Shown: positions 53,823-63,922, counted from the stretch's first letter. The stretch: DNA of 64,000 bases from an uncultured Planctomycetota bacterium (GCA_963719315.1 CAVRBU010000001.1:448001-512000), one strand, 5' to 3'. Numbers and translations are program-made. The notes: generated from the sequence alone by a model not told the origin.

Positions 53823-54935
53823 ATGGCCAACTCCCTAGACGACGCCCAACGCCATGCCCGCGCCGCCCTGGATGGCTACGTCGCCGAAACGGTTGCTTGG
53901 CACTTTCACGAATCGACGGGCTGCCCGTTCTGGTTGGATTTCAAACGAAAACTGAATTTCGACCCGCTCAGAGAGGTGCGATCGTTTGAGGATTTACGGA
54001 AGTTTCCGCCGTTTGAAGACGAATGGCTTCGCGGTGGGCCGGTACGGAGGTGGGTTCCCAAGGGGTTGGCCGACAAGCCCGTTTACGTTTTCGAAACGGG
54101 CGGCACGACCGGTGTCCCGAAGAGCCGTGTCGCCGTCGAGGATTTCCGGACCGACTATTCGCTGTTCAGCGACACCTTGCCGGGGAAGTATTTTCCACGC
54201 GGCGCAAATTGGTTGATGCTCGGCCCGTCCGGACCGCGGCGTCTGCGGCTGGCAGTTGAACATCTGGCCCAACATCGCGGCGGTGTTTGCTTCTGCATCG
54301 ACCTCGATCCACGGTGGGTCATCAAACTAATCAAAAAAGGCTGGATCGAGCAACTCGAAGCGTATAAGCAACACTGCATCGATCAGGCGCTGACCATTCT
54401 CGGCGCGGGGCACGACGTCAAATGCATGTTCGGAACGCCGAAGCTGATCGAAGCGCTGTGCTTGGCGCTGGAAGAGCGCGGCAGCAGCCTCAAGGAAACC
54501 GGCATCACCGGCATTTTCTCCGGCGGCACGGAATTCACCCCGCAATGGACACGATTCTGCATCGAGGAACTTTTCGGCGGTCCACCCGAAGTCAGCGGCA
54601 TCTACATGACGCCCACTTACGGTAACACCCTCATGGGTCTGGCGTGCTCGAAACCTGTCACCGCCGCCGAGGGCTATAAGATCAGCTACTATGCGCCGCA
54701 GCCGCGCGCAGTGGTCGAGGTCGTCGACTTCGACGACACGAACCGCGTCGTCGGTTACGGCGAAACGGGCCGCGCCAAACTTACGACGCTCACCAAGGAA
54801 TTTTTCATGCCCGGCTTCCTCGAACGCGACGAAGGCGAACGCGAACCACCCTGCGACCAATTCCCCTGGGACGGCATCAGCGGCACCCGCCCCTTCCGCC
54901 TCTTGGCCGAAGCGACGACCGTGGGCGTATACTGA
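53823..54935 (+). CDS. EhpF/GriC-like short adenylate-forming enzyme (carboxylate-activating subunit)
   Basis: WHFHESTGCPFWL, ETGGTTGVPK, IDLDPRWV, GGTE, YGNT, ERD, C-terminal GVY; ~370 aa. Confidence 0.8.
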   Translation: MANSLDDAQRHARAALDGYVAETVAWHFHESTGCPFWLDFKRKLNFDPLREVRSFEDLRKFPPFEDEWLRGGPVRRWVPKGLADKPVYVFETGGTTGVPKSRVAVEDFRTDYSLFSDTLPGKYFPRGANWLMLGPSGPRRLRLAVEHLAQHRGGVCFCIDLDPRWVIKLIKKGWIEQLEAYKQHCIDQALTILGAGHDVKCMFGTPKLIEALCLALEERGSSLKETGITGIFSGGTEFTPQWTRFCIEELFGGPPEVSGIYMTPTYGNTLMGLACSKPVTAAEGYKISYYAPQPRAVVEVVDFDDTNRVVGYGETGRAKLTTLTKEFFMPGFLERDEGEREPPCDQFPWDGISGTRPFRLLAEATTVGVY

Positions 54936-54953
54936 AGTAGGTGGGACGATACA

Positions 54954-55142
54954 TTGAAAGTTCGTGAAGTCCTACGTCAACTGAGAGATGATGGTTGGTC
55001 GATTGTTCGACAACGCGGTAGTCACCGACAACTTCAACACGCAACGAAGGTTGGAACTGTCACGGTCGCCGGCAAGCCGGGTGATGAACTTCATCCGAAA
55101 ACGGCGGCATCGATTCTGAAACAAGCCGGTCTTTCAACCTAA
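54954..55142 (+). CDS. hicA: HicA family toxin
   Basis: 62 aa: DGWSIVRQRGSHRQLQH...VTVAG...TAASILKQAGL. Confidence 0.92.
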   Translation: MKVREVLRQLRDDGWSIVRQRGSHRQLQHATKVGTVTVAGKPGDELHPKTAASILKQAGLST

Positions 55143-55167
55143 TTTGCCGCCTGCACGATACAACCAA

Positions 55168-55440
55168 ATGCGATATCTCGTAATGATTCGTCGAACTGGT
55201 ACTGGTTACAGCGTCGATGTTCCCGATCTGCCCGGATGTGTGGCAACCGGTACGACAGTGGAGCACGCACGGCAAATGATCGCCGAAGCTATTGAAATGC
55301 ATCTGGATCTGATGCAACAGTCGGGACAGCCCACGTCTATGCCCAAGTCTACTGTGGAGTTTTCGGTTGGCGATGACTCAGTCGAGGAACTTTGCACTTG
55401 GGTTGAGGTGGAAGCACACATGCCCGTCGCACCAACTTAG
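55168..55440 (+). CDS. hicB: HicB family antitoxin
   Basis: YSVDVPDLPGCVATGTTVEHARQMIAEAIEMHL. Confidence 0.92.
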   Translation: MRYLVMIRRTGTGYSVDVPDLPGCVATGTTVEHARQMIAEAIEMHLDLMQQSGQPTSMPKSTVEFSVGDDSVEELCTWVEVEAHMPVAPT

Positions 55441-55452
55441 CTTCGCATTACA

Positions 55453-56867
55453 ATGTTGAATCTTCCCGTCATCCGCTGGGGTCAGCCCTACGACTCGCTG
55501 GAAGTTGCCGAGGTAAATCACTTCGCGACCGGCGAGCCGATCGCCAAAGTCTGCCAAGCCGGCGGCGGAATCATCAAGCGCGATATGCGCCAGCGCAGCG
55601 CGCACGCGATGTGTTGCTCGGTTTTTCGAGCGATGAGTTGGTTGCCATGCTGGGCAAGGCGGCCAACCTCTACGAGCTTGGCACGCTGCCAATGGGCGAC
55701 GGCACGCAGTCGCCCGACGATTTCGTGCATCAACAATCCGCCAGCACGGGCCTGCCGGAGCACATGTGCCGCGCCAACATGGCGAAAAACTCGTTCGTGC
55801 TCAAGAACATGGCCAAAATTCTGGAGTGCCTTACCCGCGGTTTGGACTTGAAGATACTTAGCCGCGGATTCGGCGAAGAGGGCCGCGGCGTCGTGGTGAG
55901 CTACCAGGCCCAATCCCCGGTGCTCGCGGCCGTGTTGCCATCGAATTCGCCCGGCGTGCACACCTTGTGGTTGCCGGTGATCGCACTACAAATGGGACTC
56001 GTGCTCAAGCCCGGTCCGCAAGAGCCCTGGACTCCCTACCGCATTTTCGCCGCGTTCACCGAAGCCGGCGTGCCGCGCGAAGCATTCTCCCTCTACCCGG
56101 GCGAAGCGGAAGCAGGCGCTGCGGTCCTAGATGCCTGCGACCGCGCGATGATCTTCGGCGGCACGGCCACCGTCGATCGCTATCGCGGCAATCCCAAAGT
56201 CCAGGCACATGGGCCCGGATTCTCGAAGATCCTGCTCGGCGACGACATCGTCGATCGTTGGCCCGATTACATCGACCTGATGGTCGAAAGCATCTATCTC
56301 AATAGTGGCCGCGGCTGCATCAATTGCTCGGGCGTCTGGGCTTCGCGCCATACGCGAGAAATCGCCGAAGCTCTTGCGACTCGGCTGGGCCCCATCGAAG
56401 CGCTTCCGCCAACGGACCCGAAGGCCGGCGTCGCGGCGTTCACGGTTCCCGGCATGGGAGCCGCCGTGTGGAAGCAAATCGAACAGGACTTGCAGACACC
56501 CGGCGTCACGCACTTGACCAAAAAATACGGCCCACGACTCGTCGAACAAGAACGCGCCAGCTACCTGCTGCCGACGATCATCCACGCGCCCTCGCCCGCA
56601 GCCCCGGTCGCCCAGAAAGAATACATGTTCCCCTTCGCGGCCGTTGTTGAGTGCCCTCAATCGGACATGCTCCAACGAATCGGCCCGACGCTGGTCGGCA
56701 CCGTAATCACGAACGACGAAGCATTTCGCGCCGCTGCCACGAACGCCACTCACATCGACCGACTCAACCTCGGGCCGATCCCCACCACGAAATTGAATTG
56801 GCTCCAACCGCACGAAGGAAATCTCATCGATTTCCTGTTCCGCAGCCGGGCGCTACAAGTGAGTTGA
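55453..56867 (+). CDS. Aldehyde dehydrogenase-fold protein (GriD/EhpG-like reductase); frameshift near 55600
   Basis: PSNSPG, LKPGPQEP, HGPGFSK, NSGRGC (catalytic Cys), EYMFP; N-terminus in 55453..~55600. Confidence 0.8.
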
Positions 56868-56924
56868 TCGAACGAAGCTTCTCGGCGCCGCCCATCCAAC
56901 CGCCTTCCCTCGCCGCAATTTTTC

Positions 56925-58076
56925 ATGCTGCCATTCGACTTTCAATGTCCGACGCGGATCGTATTTGGTCCCGGTAAGTTGACGGAGCTTGGGCAACTCG
57001 CTGCCGATCTTGGCGCAAAACGCGTCTTGTTGGTTACCGACCCGGGCATCATCGCCGCAGGACACACACCGCGCGGCATCACGTCGCTCGAACTGGAAGG
57101 GCTAACCGTCTCGCTGTTTGATGGCGTCGAAGAAAACCCGACGACGGAACACGTCGACGCCGGCCTTGCCGCCGCCAAACAATCGCGGCCCGATTTGATC
57201 GTCGGCCTCGGCGGCGGCAGTTCCATGGACTGCGCTAAGGGCATTAACTTCCTCTACTCCTGTGGAGGGCGAATGCAGGACTACTGGGGCGAAGGCAAGG
57301 CGACTGCCCCTCTGCTGCCCATGATTGCCGTCCCGACCACCGCCGGCACGGGTAGCGAAACTCAATCGTACGCACTTGTGGCCGATGCCCAGACGCACGT
57401 GAAAATGGCGTGCGGCGATAAGCGGGCCTCCTTCCGCGCAGCGATTCTCGACCCGGAGCTGACGCTCACTCAGCCGCCACGCGTGACGGCTCTCACAGGC
57501 ATCGACGCGCTCGCCCACGCGATCGAGAGTTATGTGACTAAGCGGCGCAATTTTTTGTCGCTCACATTCAGTCGCGAAGCCTGGCGGAATCTCGCGCCCA
57601 ACATCGGCCGGGTGCTGACCGAGCCCGGAGACATTTCTGCCCGCGGAGCCATGCAGCTCGGCGCCTGTCTCGGTGGACTCGCGATCGAAAACTCGATGCT
57701 GGGCGCCGCTCATGCGCTGGCCAATCCGCTGACGGCTAACTACGGGATCACCCACGGCGAGGCGATCTCGCTCATGTTGCCGCATGTCATCCGCCACAAT
57801 GGCCGGCAGGTCGAAGCCTGGTATCGCGAATTAGTGTCCTCCGTGCCGTCGACGGTTTTCCCAGTGCAAGTGCACAGTGCAACCGATGCGCTGGCGAAGT
57901 TCGTGCGGCACGTTACACGTCAGGCCGGGCTAGCTGCTACAATCAAGGAGTGCGATGTTCCGCGCGACGATCTGCCCCAGCTGGCTACTGCCGCTGCTCA
58001 CCAATGGACGGGTAATTTTAATCCAGTCGATCTTTCGACGGACGACTACCTCAAGCTGTATGAAGCCGCATATTAA
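56925..58076 (+). CDS. Iron-containing alcohol dehydrogenase
   Basis: GGGSSMDCAK, PTTAGTGSE, DALAHAIE, HALA, HG. Confidence 0.93.
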   Translation: MLPFDFQCPTRIVFGPGKLTELGQLAADLGAKRVLLVTDPGIIAAGHTPRGITSLELEGLTVSLFDGVEENPTTEHVDAGLAAAKQSRPDLIVGLGGGSSMDCAKGINFLYSCGGRMQDYWGEGKATAPLLPMIAVPTTAGTGSETQSYALVADAQTHVKMACGDKRASFRAAILDPELTLTQPPRVTALTGIDALAHAIESYVTKRRNFLSLTFSREAWRNLAPNIGRVLTEPGDISARGAMQLGACLGGLAIENSMLGAAHALANPLTANYGITHGEAISLMLPHVIRHNGRQVEAWYRELVSSVPSTVFPVQVHSATDALAKFVRHVTRQAGLAATIKECDVPRDDLPQLATAAAHQWTGNFNPVDLSTDDYLKLYEAAY

Positions 58077-59244
58077 ATGGCGTCTAGCGCTGGTTCTTGT
58101 AGGGTCGATAGTTGGCTCGCAGGCCGACATTCGCGCCGATGACTGGCCGCTGGTTCGCGGCAACGTCCTCGGCACCGGCGTCGCCCACGGTTCACTCCCC
58201 GACGCGCCGGAGCTGCTTTGGAAATACTCCGCGGACAAAGACGCCGGCTTCGACGCGACGGCCGTCATCGCCGATGGAGTGATATACCTCGGCGACAACG
58301 CCGGCACGTTCCACGCCGTCCGACTGGCGGACGGAACGAAACTCTGGAAAAAGGTATTTGCGGATAGCGGTTTCGGCGCCGGCGCGGCTGTGGAAAATGG
58401 CCGACTTTATGTCGGTGACATGAACGGCGCCATGTATTGCCTGGCTACGGCCGATGGAAAGGAGCTCTGGAGCAAGAAGCTTGAAGGCGAAGTGTATGCG
58501 GCGCCCAGCATCAATGGCGACAACGTCCTCTTCACTTGTGAAGCCGGCACGCTGAGCTGCCGCAACAAACAAGATGGCAGTGAACGCTGGCAGTTTCGCA
58601 TCGAAGCGCCGCTACGCTGCACGCCCACGATTTCCGGTGGCCGGGCAGCCCTCGCCGGCTGCGATAGCCACTTGCACTTGATCAACGTCGCCGATGGGAA
58701 GGAGACGGACGCCGTCGAAATCGACGCTCCGACCGGCTCCACGCCGGCCATGCGCGACCAGCGCGTGTACTTCGGCACCGAAGGCGGCACGTTCTACGCG
58801 ATCGATACCCCCACGACCGGCGACAAAAAGCCGACGGTTGCCTGGACCTATCACGACCAGCAAAGAAATCAACCGATCCGCGCAGCGGCAGCCGTGGGCG
58901 AGAACATTGTCGTTTACGGCAGTCAAGGAAAAGCTCTCTACGGCCTCAACCCGGCAAACGGCGAGGAAATCTGGAAGCTGCCCACCAGAGCCCGCATCGA
59001 AAGCTCACCCGTGATTGCCGGCAACCGAGTGGTCGCCGCCACCACAGCGGGCAAACTCTACCTGCTTGATGTTACGAACGGCGAGGTCAAATGGGAATAC
59101 GACGCCGGCGGCGGCTTCGTCGCTTCGCCGGCAGTCGTCGATGGCAAAGTTATCCTCGGCAACACGGATGGAACACTGTATTGTTTTGGCTCCAAGCAGG
59201 GCAATGCAAATGAATTAACCACGAAGAACACAAAGAAGAAATGA
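58060..59244 (+). CDS. Secreted PQQ-binding-like beta-propeller protein
   Basis: Signal peptide then DWPLVRG; repeated (D/N)GxxxW blades; overlaps the ADH stop. Confidence 0.88.
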   Translation: MKPHIKWRLALVLVGSIVGSQADIRADDWPLVRGNVLGTGVAHGSLPDAPELLWKYSADKDAGFDATAVIADGVIYLGDNAGTFHAVRLADGTKLWKKVFADSGFGAGAAVENGRLYVGDMNGAMYCLATADGKELWSKKLEGEVYAAPSINGDNVLFTCEAGTLSCRNKQDGSERWQFRIEAPLRCTPTISGGRAALAGCDSHLHLINVADGKETDAVEIDAPTGSTPAMRDQRVYFGTEGGTFYAIDTPTTGDKKPTVAWTYHDQQRNQPIRAAAAVGENIVVYGSQGKALYGLNPANGEEIWKLPTRARIESSPVIAGNRVVAATTAGKLYLLDVTNGEVKWEYDAGGGFVASPAVVDGKVILGNTDGTLYCFGSKQGNANELTTKNTKKK

Positions 59245-59513
59245 TGGTGAAGTTCGAAATAGGACCAAGCGCGAATGAACAATTACTGTAGCTCCAGGTT
59301 CAGACAATCAAGGGCAGGAACACTAATCTTCGCTAATTATCACTGATTCGGAATTAGAGGAAATTAGTGAGAATTAGCGTTCCTCGGTAATTCATTTTTA
59401 CGTCAGTCTCGAAACTTGGAAGTACTGAATCAAGGACTGCCGCGATTCAACTTTAGTATCCCCTCTTCTCTACTCAATAATTCGTCCCCCTTCGTGCCCT
59501 TCGTGTCAAATAA
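59216..59513. repeat. AT-rich spacer with nested inverted short repeats
   Basis: Outer CACGAAGAACACAAAG / CTTCGTGCCCTTCGTG; inner GAACACTAATCTTCGCTAAT / ATTAGTGAGAATTAGCGTTC. Confidence 0.6.
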
Positions 59514-59521
59514 AACCAGCA

Positions 59522-60832
59522 ATGTCCACCAGCACCTCAAAAACCGAAGTTGGCAGTTACTTCATCAGTAACTACCCCCCCTTCTCTGCCTGGTCACCCG
59601 ACGAGTTGGGCGGCGTCCGCGGCGCGATGAGCGCCCCGCCTGCCGACGTGCCGCTGGGGCTTTATCTACACATTCCGTTCTGCCGCAAACGGTGCAAATT
59701 CTGCTACTTCAAAGTCTTCATCGATAAAAACTCGGCCGAGGTGGAACGATACCTGGCGGCCCTCTCGCGCGAAATTGAACTGGTAAGCAAGCTGCCCATA
59801 ATGGGCGGCCGCCCTTTTCGGTTCGTCTATTTCGGCGGTGGCACGCCGTCGTTTCTCAGTTCGCGGCAACTCGAGCGGCTCGTCGATCGGCTCCGTGCCA
59901 ACGTCTCGTGGGATGCGGCCGAAGAGGTGACGTTTGAATGCGAGCCGGGCACCCTCTCCGAAGCCAAAGTCCATACGCTTCGCAACATCGGCGTCACGCG
60001 GCTGAGCCTCGGCGTCGAACATTTTGATGACGACATCCTCCGAGACAACGGCCGTGCCCACGAATCGCCCGAAATCTACAAAGCCTGGCCCTGGATCCAA
60101 TCCGCCGGCTTCGCGAACACGAATATCGATCTGATCTCCGGCATGGTCGGGGAATCATGGGACAAATGGCGTGAAACCGTCCGCCGTGCCATCGATCTCG
60201 ATGCCGACAGCGTGACGATCTACCAGATGGAGTTGCCGTTCAACACGGTCTACTCGAAAGACATTTTGGGCGGCGTCATCGAATCCCCCGTCGCCGATTG
60301 GGCCATCAAACGCGCCTGGGTCGACTACGCCTTCAACGCACTCGCCACAGCCGGGTACAGCGTCTCCAGTGCGTACACGATGGTCAAGAATCCCGACCGC
60401 GTTAATTTCAGCTACCGCGACAATCTCTGGCAAGGCAGCGACCTGCTCGCGACCGGCATCGCCAGTTTTGGCCATATTTCGGGCGTCCACTATCAAAACC
60501 AGCCTGAGTGGGAGCAGTACTGCGGCACGCTCGAAGCGGGCGTGCTGCCCCTTTCGCGCGGTCTAGAACTCTCCCAGCATCAGAGGCTCATTCGCGAAAT
60601 GATTCTGCAACTCAAACGCGGCTACCTGAACGTCGCGTATTTCCGCAACAAGTTTGGCGTCGACGTACTCGAGCAATGGCCCGAAGTGTGGGAAGACTAC
60701 GAGCGCGAAGAGTACTGTTCGGTGGACCAGGAAGCCGGCCGCATTCAACTAACCCGCGACGGCTTGTTGCAAGTCGACTCGCTCCTGCCGGCGTTCTTTG
60801 AGCCGCAGTTCCAAGGCGTGCGGTACACCTAA
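59522..60832 (+). CDS. HemN-like radical SAM enzyme (function not assigned)
   Basis: YLHIPFCRKRCKFCY, YFGGGTPS, RLSLGV, NIDLISG. Confidence 0.9.
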   Translation: MSTSTSKTEVGSYFISNYPPFSAWSPDELGGVRGAMSAPPADVPLGLYLHIPFCRKRCKFCYFKVFIDKNSAEVERYLAALSREIELVSKLPIMGGRPFRFVYFGGGTPSFLSSRQLERLVDRLRANVSWDAAEEVTFECEPGTLSEAKVHTLRNIGVTRLSLGVEHFDDDILRDNGRAHESPEIYKAWPWIQSAGFANTNIDLISGMVGESWDKWRETVRRAIDLDADSVTIYQMELPFNTVYSKDILGGVIESPVADWAIKRAWVDYAFNALATAGYSVSSAYTMVKNPDRVNFSYRDNLWQGSDLLATGIASFGHISGVHYQNQPEWEQYCGTLEAGVLPLSRGLELSQHQRLIREMILQLKRGYLNVAYFRNKFGVDVLEQWPEVWEDYEREEYCSVDQEAGRIQLTRDGLLQVDSLLPAFFEPQFQGVRYT

Positions 60833-60855
60833 TGCCGAGGTTGTCCCCGCCCGAA

Positions 60856-61467
60856 TCAAAGAAGCCACGTCTTCCCATCGTATCGACGCACTTCAATCTC
60901 GGGACGATTCTGGTCTCCAGTTAGCCGGAACTTCAGGGGTAGGACCTCGCTGCTCAGCAATTGGCTCGCCGGGATATTTGAAATACCGACCGATTTAAGT
61001 TCTCCATCACTCAATCGCAGAAGTTCCAAGCTCCACGGATCGCGATCGACAAAGAGTAATTCCCGAGTTTCGACCTTTCCATAGAATGGGATCTTATCCC
61101 GTGTTAGGTCGTCATCGCTAACGATTTCGACCGCCAAATCCGGGCCTCCGCACCAGTGCGTGTCGCAATTCTTTGCTCGCGTGCCAGCATGGTAGACTAC
61201 AACGTCCGGACACCGGTAATTGTGTTGCCAGCCTTTTTCGCGGTCGCTGACAATCGCACCTGGCAAAACAATATCTTCGCTATCCCACCCCATTGGCTCT
61301 TGAAATATCACGGCCAAACGATTAACGATGTCCTGATGCTCATTATTCGGCAGCGGCGCCATCATGTACGTGCCCTCCCAGACTTCGTCCCAACGGTCCG
61401 AACCAGCGGCTTTGCGTTCCTCGCGCAACCGCAGCGCTAACTGATGGTCCATGATAACCGTCGCCAT
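60856..61467 (-). CDS. Uma2 family PD-(D/E)XK endonuclease-like protein
   Basis: EVWEG..MAP.PNNEHQ, RCPDV, PDLAVEIVS, KIPFY. Confidence 0.9.
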   Translation of the reverse strand: MATVIMDHQLALRLREERKAAGSDRWDEVWEGTYMMAPLPNNEHQDIVNRLAVIFQEPMGWDSEDIVLPGAIVSDREKGWQHNYRCPDVVVYHAGTRAKNCDTHWCGGPDLAVEIVSDDDLTRDKIPFYGKVETRELLFVDRDPWSLELLRLSDGELKSVGISNIPASQLLSSEVLPLKFRLTGDQNRPEIEVRRYDGKTWLL

Positions 61468-61547
61468 GATGCTGCTCCCGAAGCAATGATTCACAACGCA
61501 TTATAGGTTGTGCGCGGAACCGTCTCAACGCAGCTACCAAATCCAGC

Positions 61548-63150
61548 TCAAACTGGCGCCGCCGGCGCTTCGTACGTCCGCGACGCACGGCTTTCGGCCG
61601 GATCAATCGCGCCTTCCACCTCCGCATTGGCGAGTGCTATCTGATAGAGTTGCTGGCCGTGAGTCGTCGGATAGTGGCCGGTGAGGCACGCGCGACACAG
61701 GTCGTCCGCCGGGCGATCGAGCGCCCGAGCGATGGAATCGATAGGTAGATACCGCAATGAATCGGCGCCCAATTCCCGAGCCATCTCGGCGAATGCCTCT
61801 TCTCGCGGCCGGCCATTTTCCATGAACCGCGGCGCGAAAAGTTCAGAAACCGTGGACATATCGATCCCATAAAAACAGGGTGCGATGATTGGCGGGCAGG
61901 CTACGCGAACGTGGATCTCACGCGCCCGTCCAACCTTCCGCATCCGCGAGATCAGAACCCGCATCGTCGTCGAACGGACGATCGAATCCTCGACCAATAG
62001 CACTCGCTTGCCTTCCAGCACTTCGCGCAGCGGCGTGTACTTAGCGGCCGCCTTGTTGGCTCGCGTGCCGGTGCCTTCAATGAATGTGCGGCCCGAGTAG
62101 CGATTGCGAATCAGCCCTTCGGCGCTCGGCACGCCCAGGCGGTAGGCCATGGCGTCGGCGGCGCACTTACTCGTATCCGGAACCGGCACGACGATCGTGT
62201 TTTCGTCGATCGGCACATTTTCCAGCCGCGCCAACTCCTCGCCCAGCGACTTGCGTGCGACGTACACGCTGCGGCTATCCAGCGTACTTGCGACGTTGGC
62301 AAAGTAAATCCATTCGAAGAAACAGTGTGCCCGCCGCGGGCATTCCGCAAATCGCTCGATGTTGATCCGATTGTCGCTGACCGAGATCATGTGACCCGGC
62401 TCCAGCGAGCGGATGCTCTTGTGCGAGAAGCCGAGGTTCAGCAATGCTACGCTCTCGCTGGCCGCGGCCAGCAGCGGGCCTTCGATCGCATAACAGAGCG
62501 GGCGAAATCCCCACGGGTCGCGCGCAATCGCCATTTCACCTCAGCGCGTTCAGCAGCACGAGGCAATACGCGCCGTCGAACCGCTTGGCAACGCTCCGCA
62601 TCACTTCGACCAGCGACGGCCGACGATCGCCCGACAACTCGCGGCTGATCTCGTGCATGATGATTTCGGTGTCGGTATCGCGCGACAGGTGGTGGTCATC
62701 GTCCGCCAGAAGCTTGTCGCGAAGTTCCGCATAGTTCGCCAATTGGCCATTGAACGCGAAGCTGAACCATTTGTGTTTTTGCAAATGATGCCGTTCGAAT
62801 GGCTGTGCGTAGTTCAGATCGTCCTGCCCGCAGGTGGCATAGCGAACGTGGCCGATTGCAGCCCGGCCGACGCACCGCTCCATGATGCTCTCCGCCTTGC
62901 CGCGGTGGCTGAGGCGAAAAACCTCGCTGACGCTGCCGAGCCCGCGGTACGTTTCTAGCAATTGCTTGCGTCCCGGGTGGTAGCTCGTCATGCCGGCCGA
63001 AAGCTGGCCGCGGTTTTGGACATCCAGCAAAATTCGCGGAACCAAGCGCGAAACCTGTTCCGGCCCTTGCGTCGGGCACAGCGGGCTCACGGTATCGCCC
63101 GCCAAATGATATACGGCGGCCAGCCCGCACTCGTGATGAAGTTCGCTCAT
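61548..63150 (-). CDS. purF: Amidophosphoribosyltransferase; frameshift near 62535
   Basis: [57 protein letters not shown]. Confidence 0.95.
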
Positions 63151-63303
63151 GAAGGGATGATACGTGACGCCGCCCCGCCGGAAATGACGCCCCAAGGACC
63201 GGCGCGTCGCCAACCACCCAATTCTAGGGCGAGCGATCGATTCCCTCAACCGGCCGGTATCGGAGGTGGTGTCCTAATTTGGCACCGTTCGGACCGGAAC
63301 TAT

Positions 63304-63354
63304 GTAGCACGGACTTCAGTCCGTACGAGAATCACGGACTGAAGTCCGTGCAAC
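63304..63354. repeat. REP-like doublet (GTAG family)
   Basis: GTAGCACGGACTTCAGTCCGT / ACGGACTGAAGTCCGTGCAAC. Confidence 0.8.
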
Positions 63355-63427
63355 AAGCTTGTTGTGCCGCAAATTAGGACACTACCGAATCGGACGGTTC
63401 GAAAAATTGGTGCGGCCGTATAAAGGG

Positions 63428-63922
63428 CTACCGTGCGGGCAATGGCTCCGATGTCTGTTCCGCTTGCTCCTCGCTCGGCTCCAACGCCAGCACGCGCAGC
63501 CGAGCTTCGTACACTTCTGCCGCCAGTGCGTTAAAGTCGTCCGAGTGGAACCTTATCAAGGCATTTCGCTCGGCCAGCAAGTTGTCGAGTCCCAACTCGG
63601 TCTCCCTAATGCACATCTGCAAACTGCGGACCGTGATGGGAAACGGCTCCCCGATGGAAAACTGTGTAAACGGGCGGAACTCGTGCAACTGAGTATTGAG
63701 GTTCTTGAGTTTCATGCGTGTTAGTTCAATCGCCGCATCCAGGTTACGGCGCTGTCGAGGGTACTCGAATTGCCAATAGTACCGTAGATTGTTTTTCGCC
63801 TGCTCCAAATCGCGACGAACGGCCAACCGAGCTTGCAACGAGGGCTCTTGCTGAGCGAAAGCCGCGGTCGTCGAAAGAACGGCAGCGAGCGTTAAAAATA
63901 ATGCGGCGGGGGAGAATCGCAT
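63428..63922 (-). CDS. Secreted helical hypothetical protein
   Basis: GGAGG RBS; signal peptide ending AFA; coiled-coil body. Confidence 0.7.
   Translation of the reverse strand: MRFSPAALFLTLAAVLSTTAAFAQQEPSLQARLAVRRDLEQAKNNLRYYWQFEYPRQRRNLDAAIELTRMKLKNLNTQLHEFRPFTQFSIGEPFPITVRSLQMCIRETELGLDNLLAERNALIRFHSDDFNALAAEVYEARLRVLALEPSEEQAEQTSEPLPAR

Noticed and set aside
53823..56867. lux bioluminescence (luxE/luxC) or phenazine biosynthesis locus
   Set aside because: No luxAB/luxD or phz core genes are present; only the reductase-like pair is shared
59522..60832. Assigning gene symbol hemN or hemW
   Set aside because: The diagnostic RNFQGY and HNxxYW motifs are absent and there is no heme-pathway context
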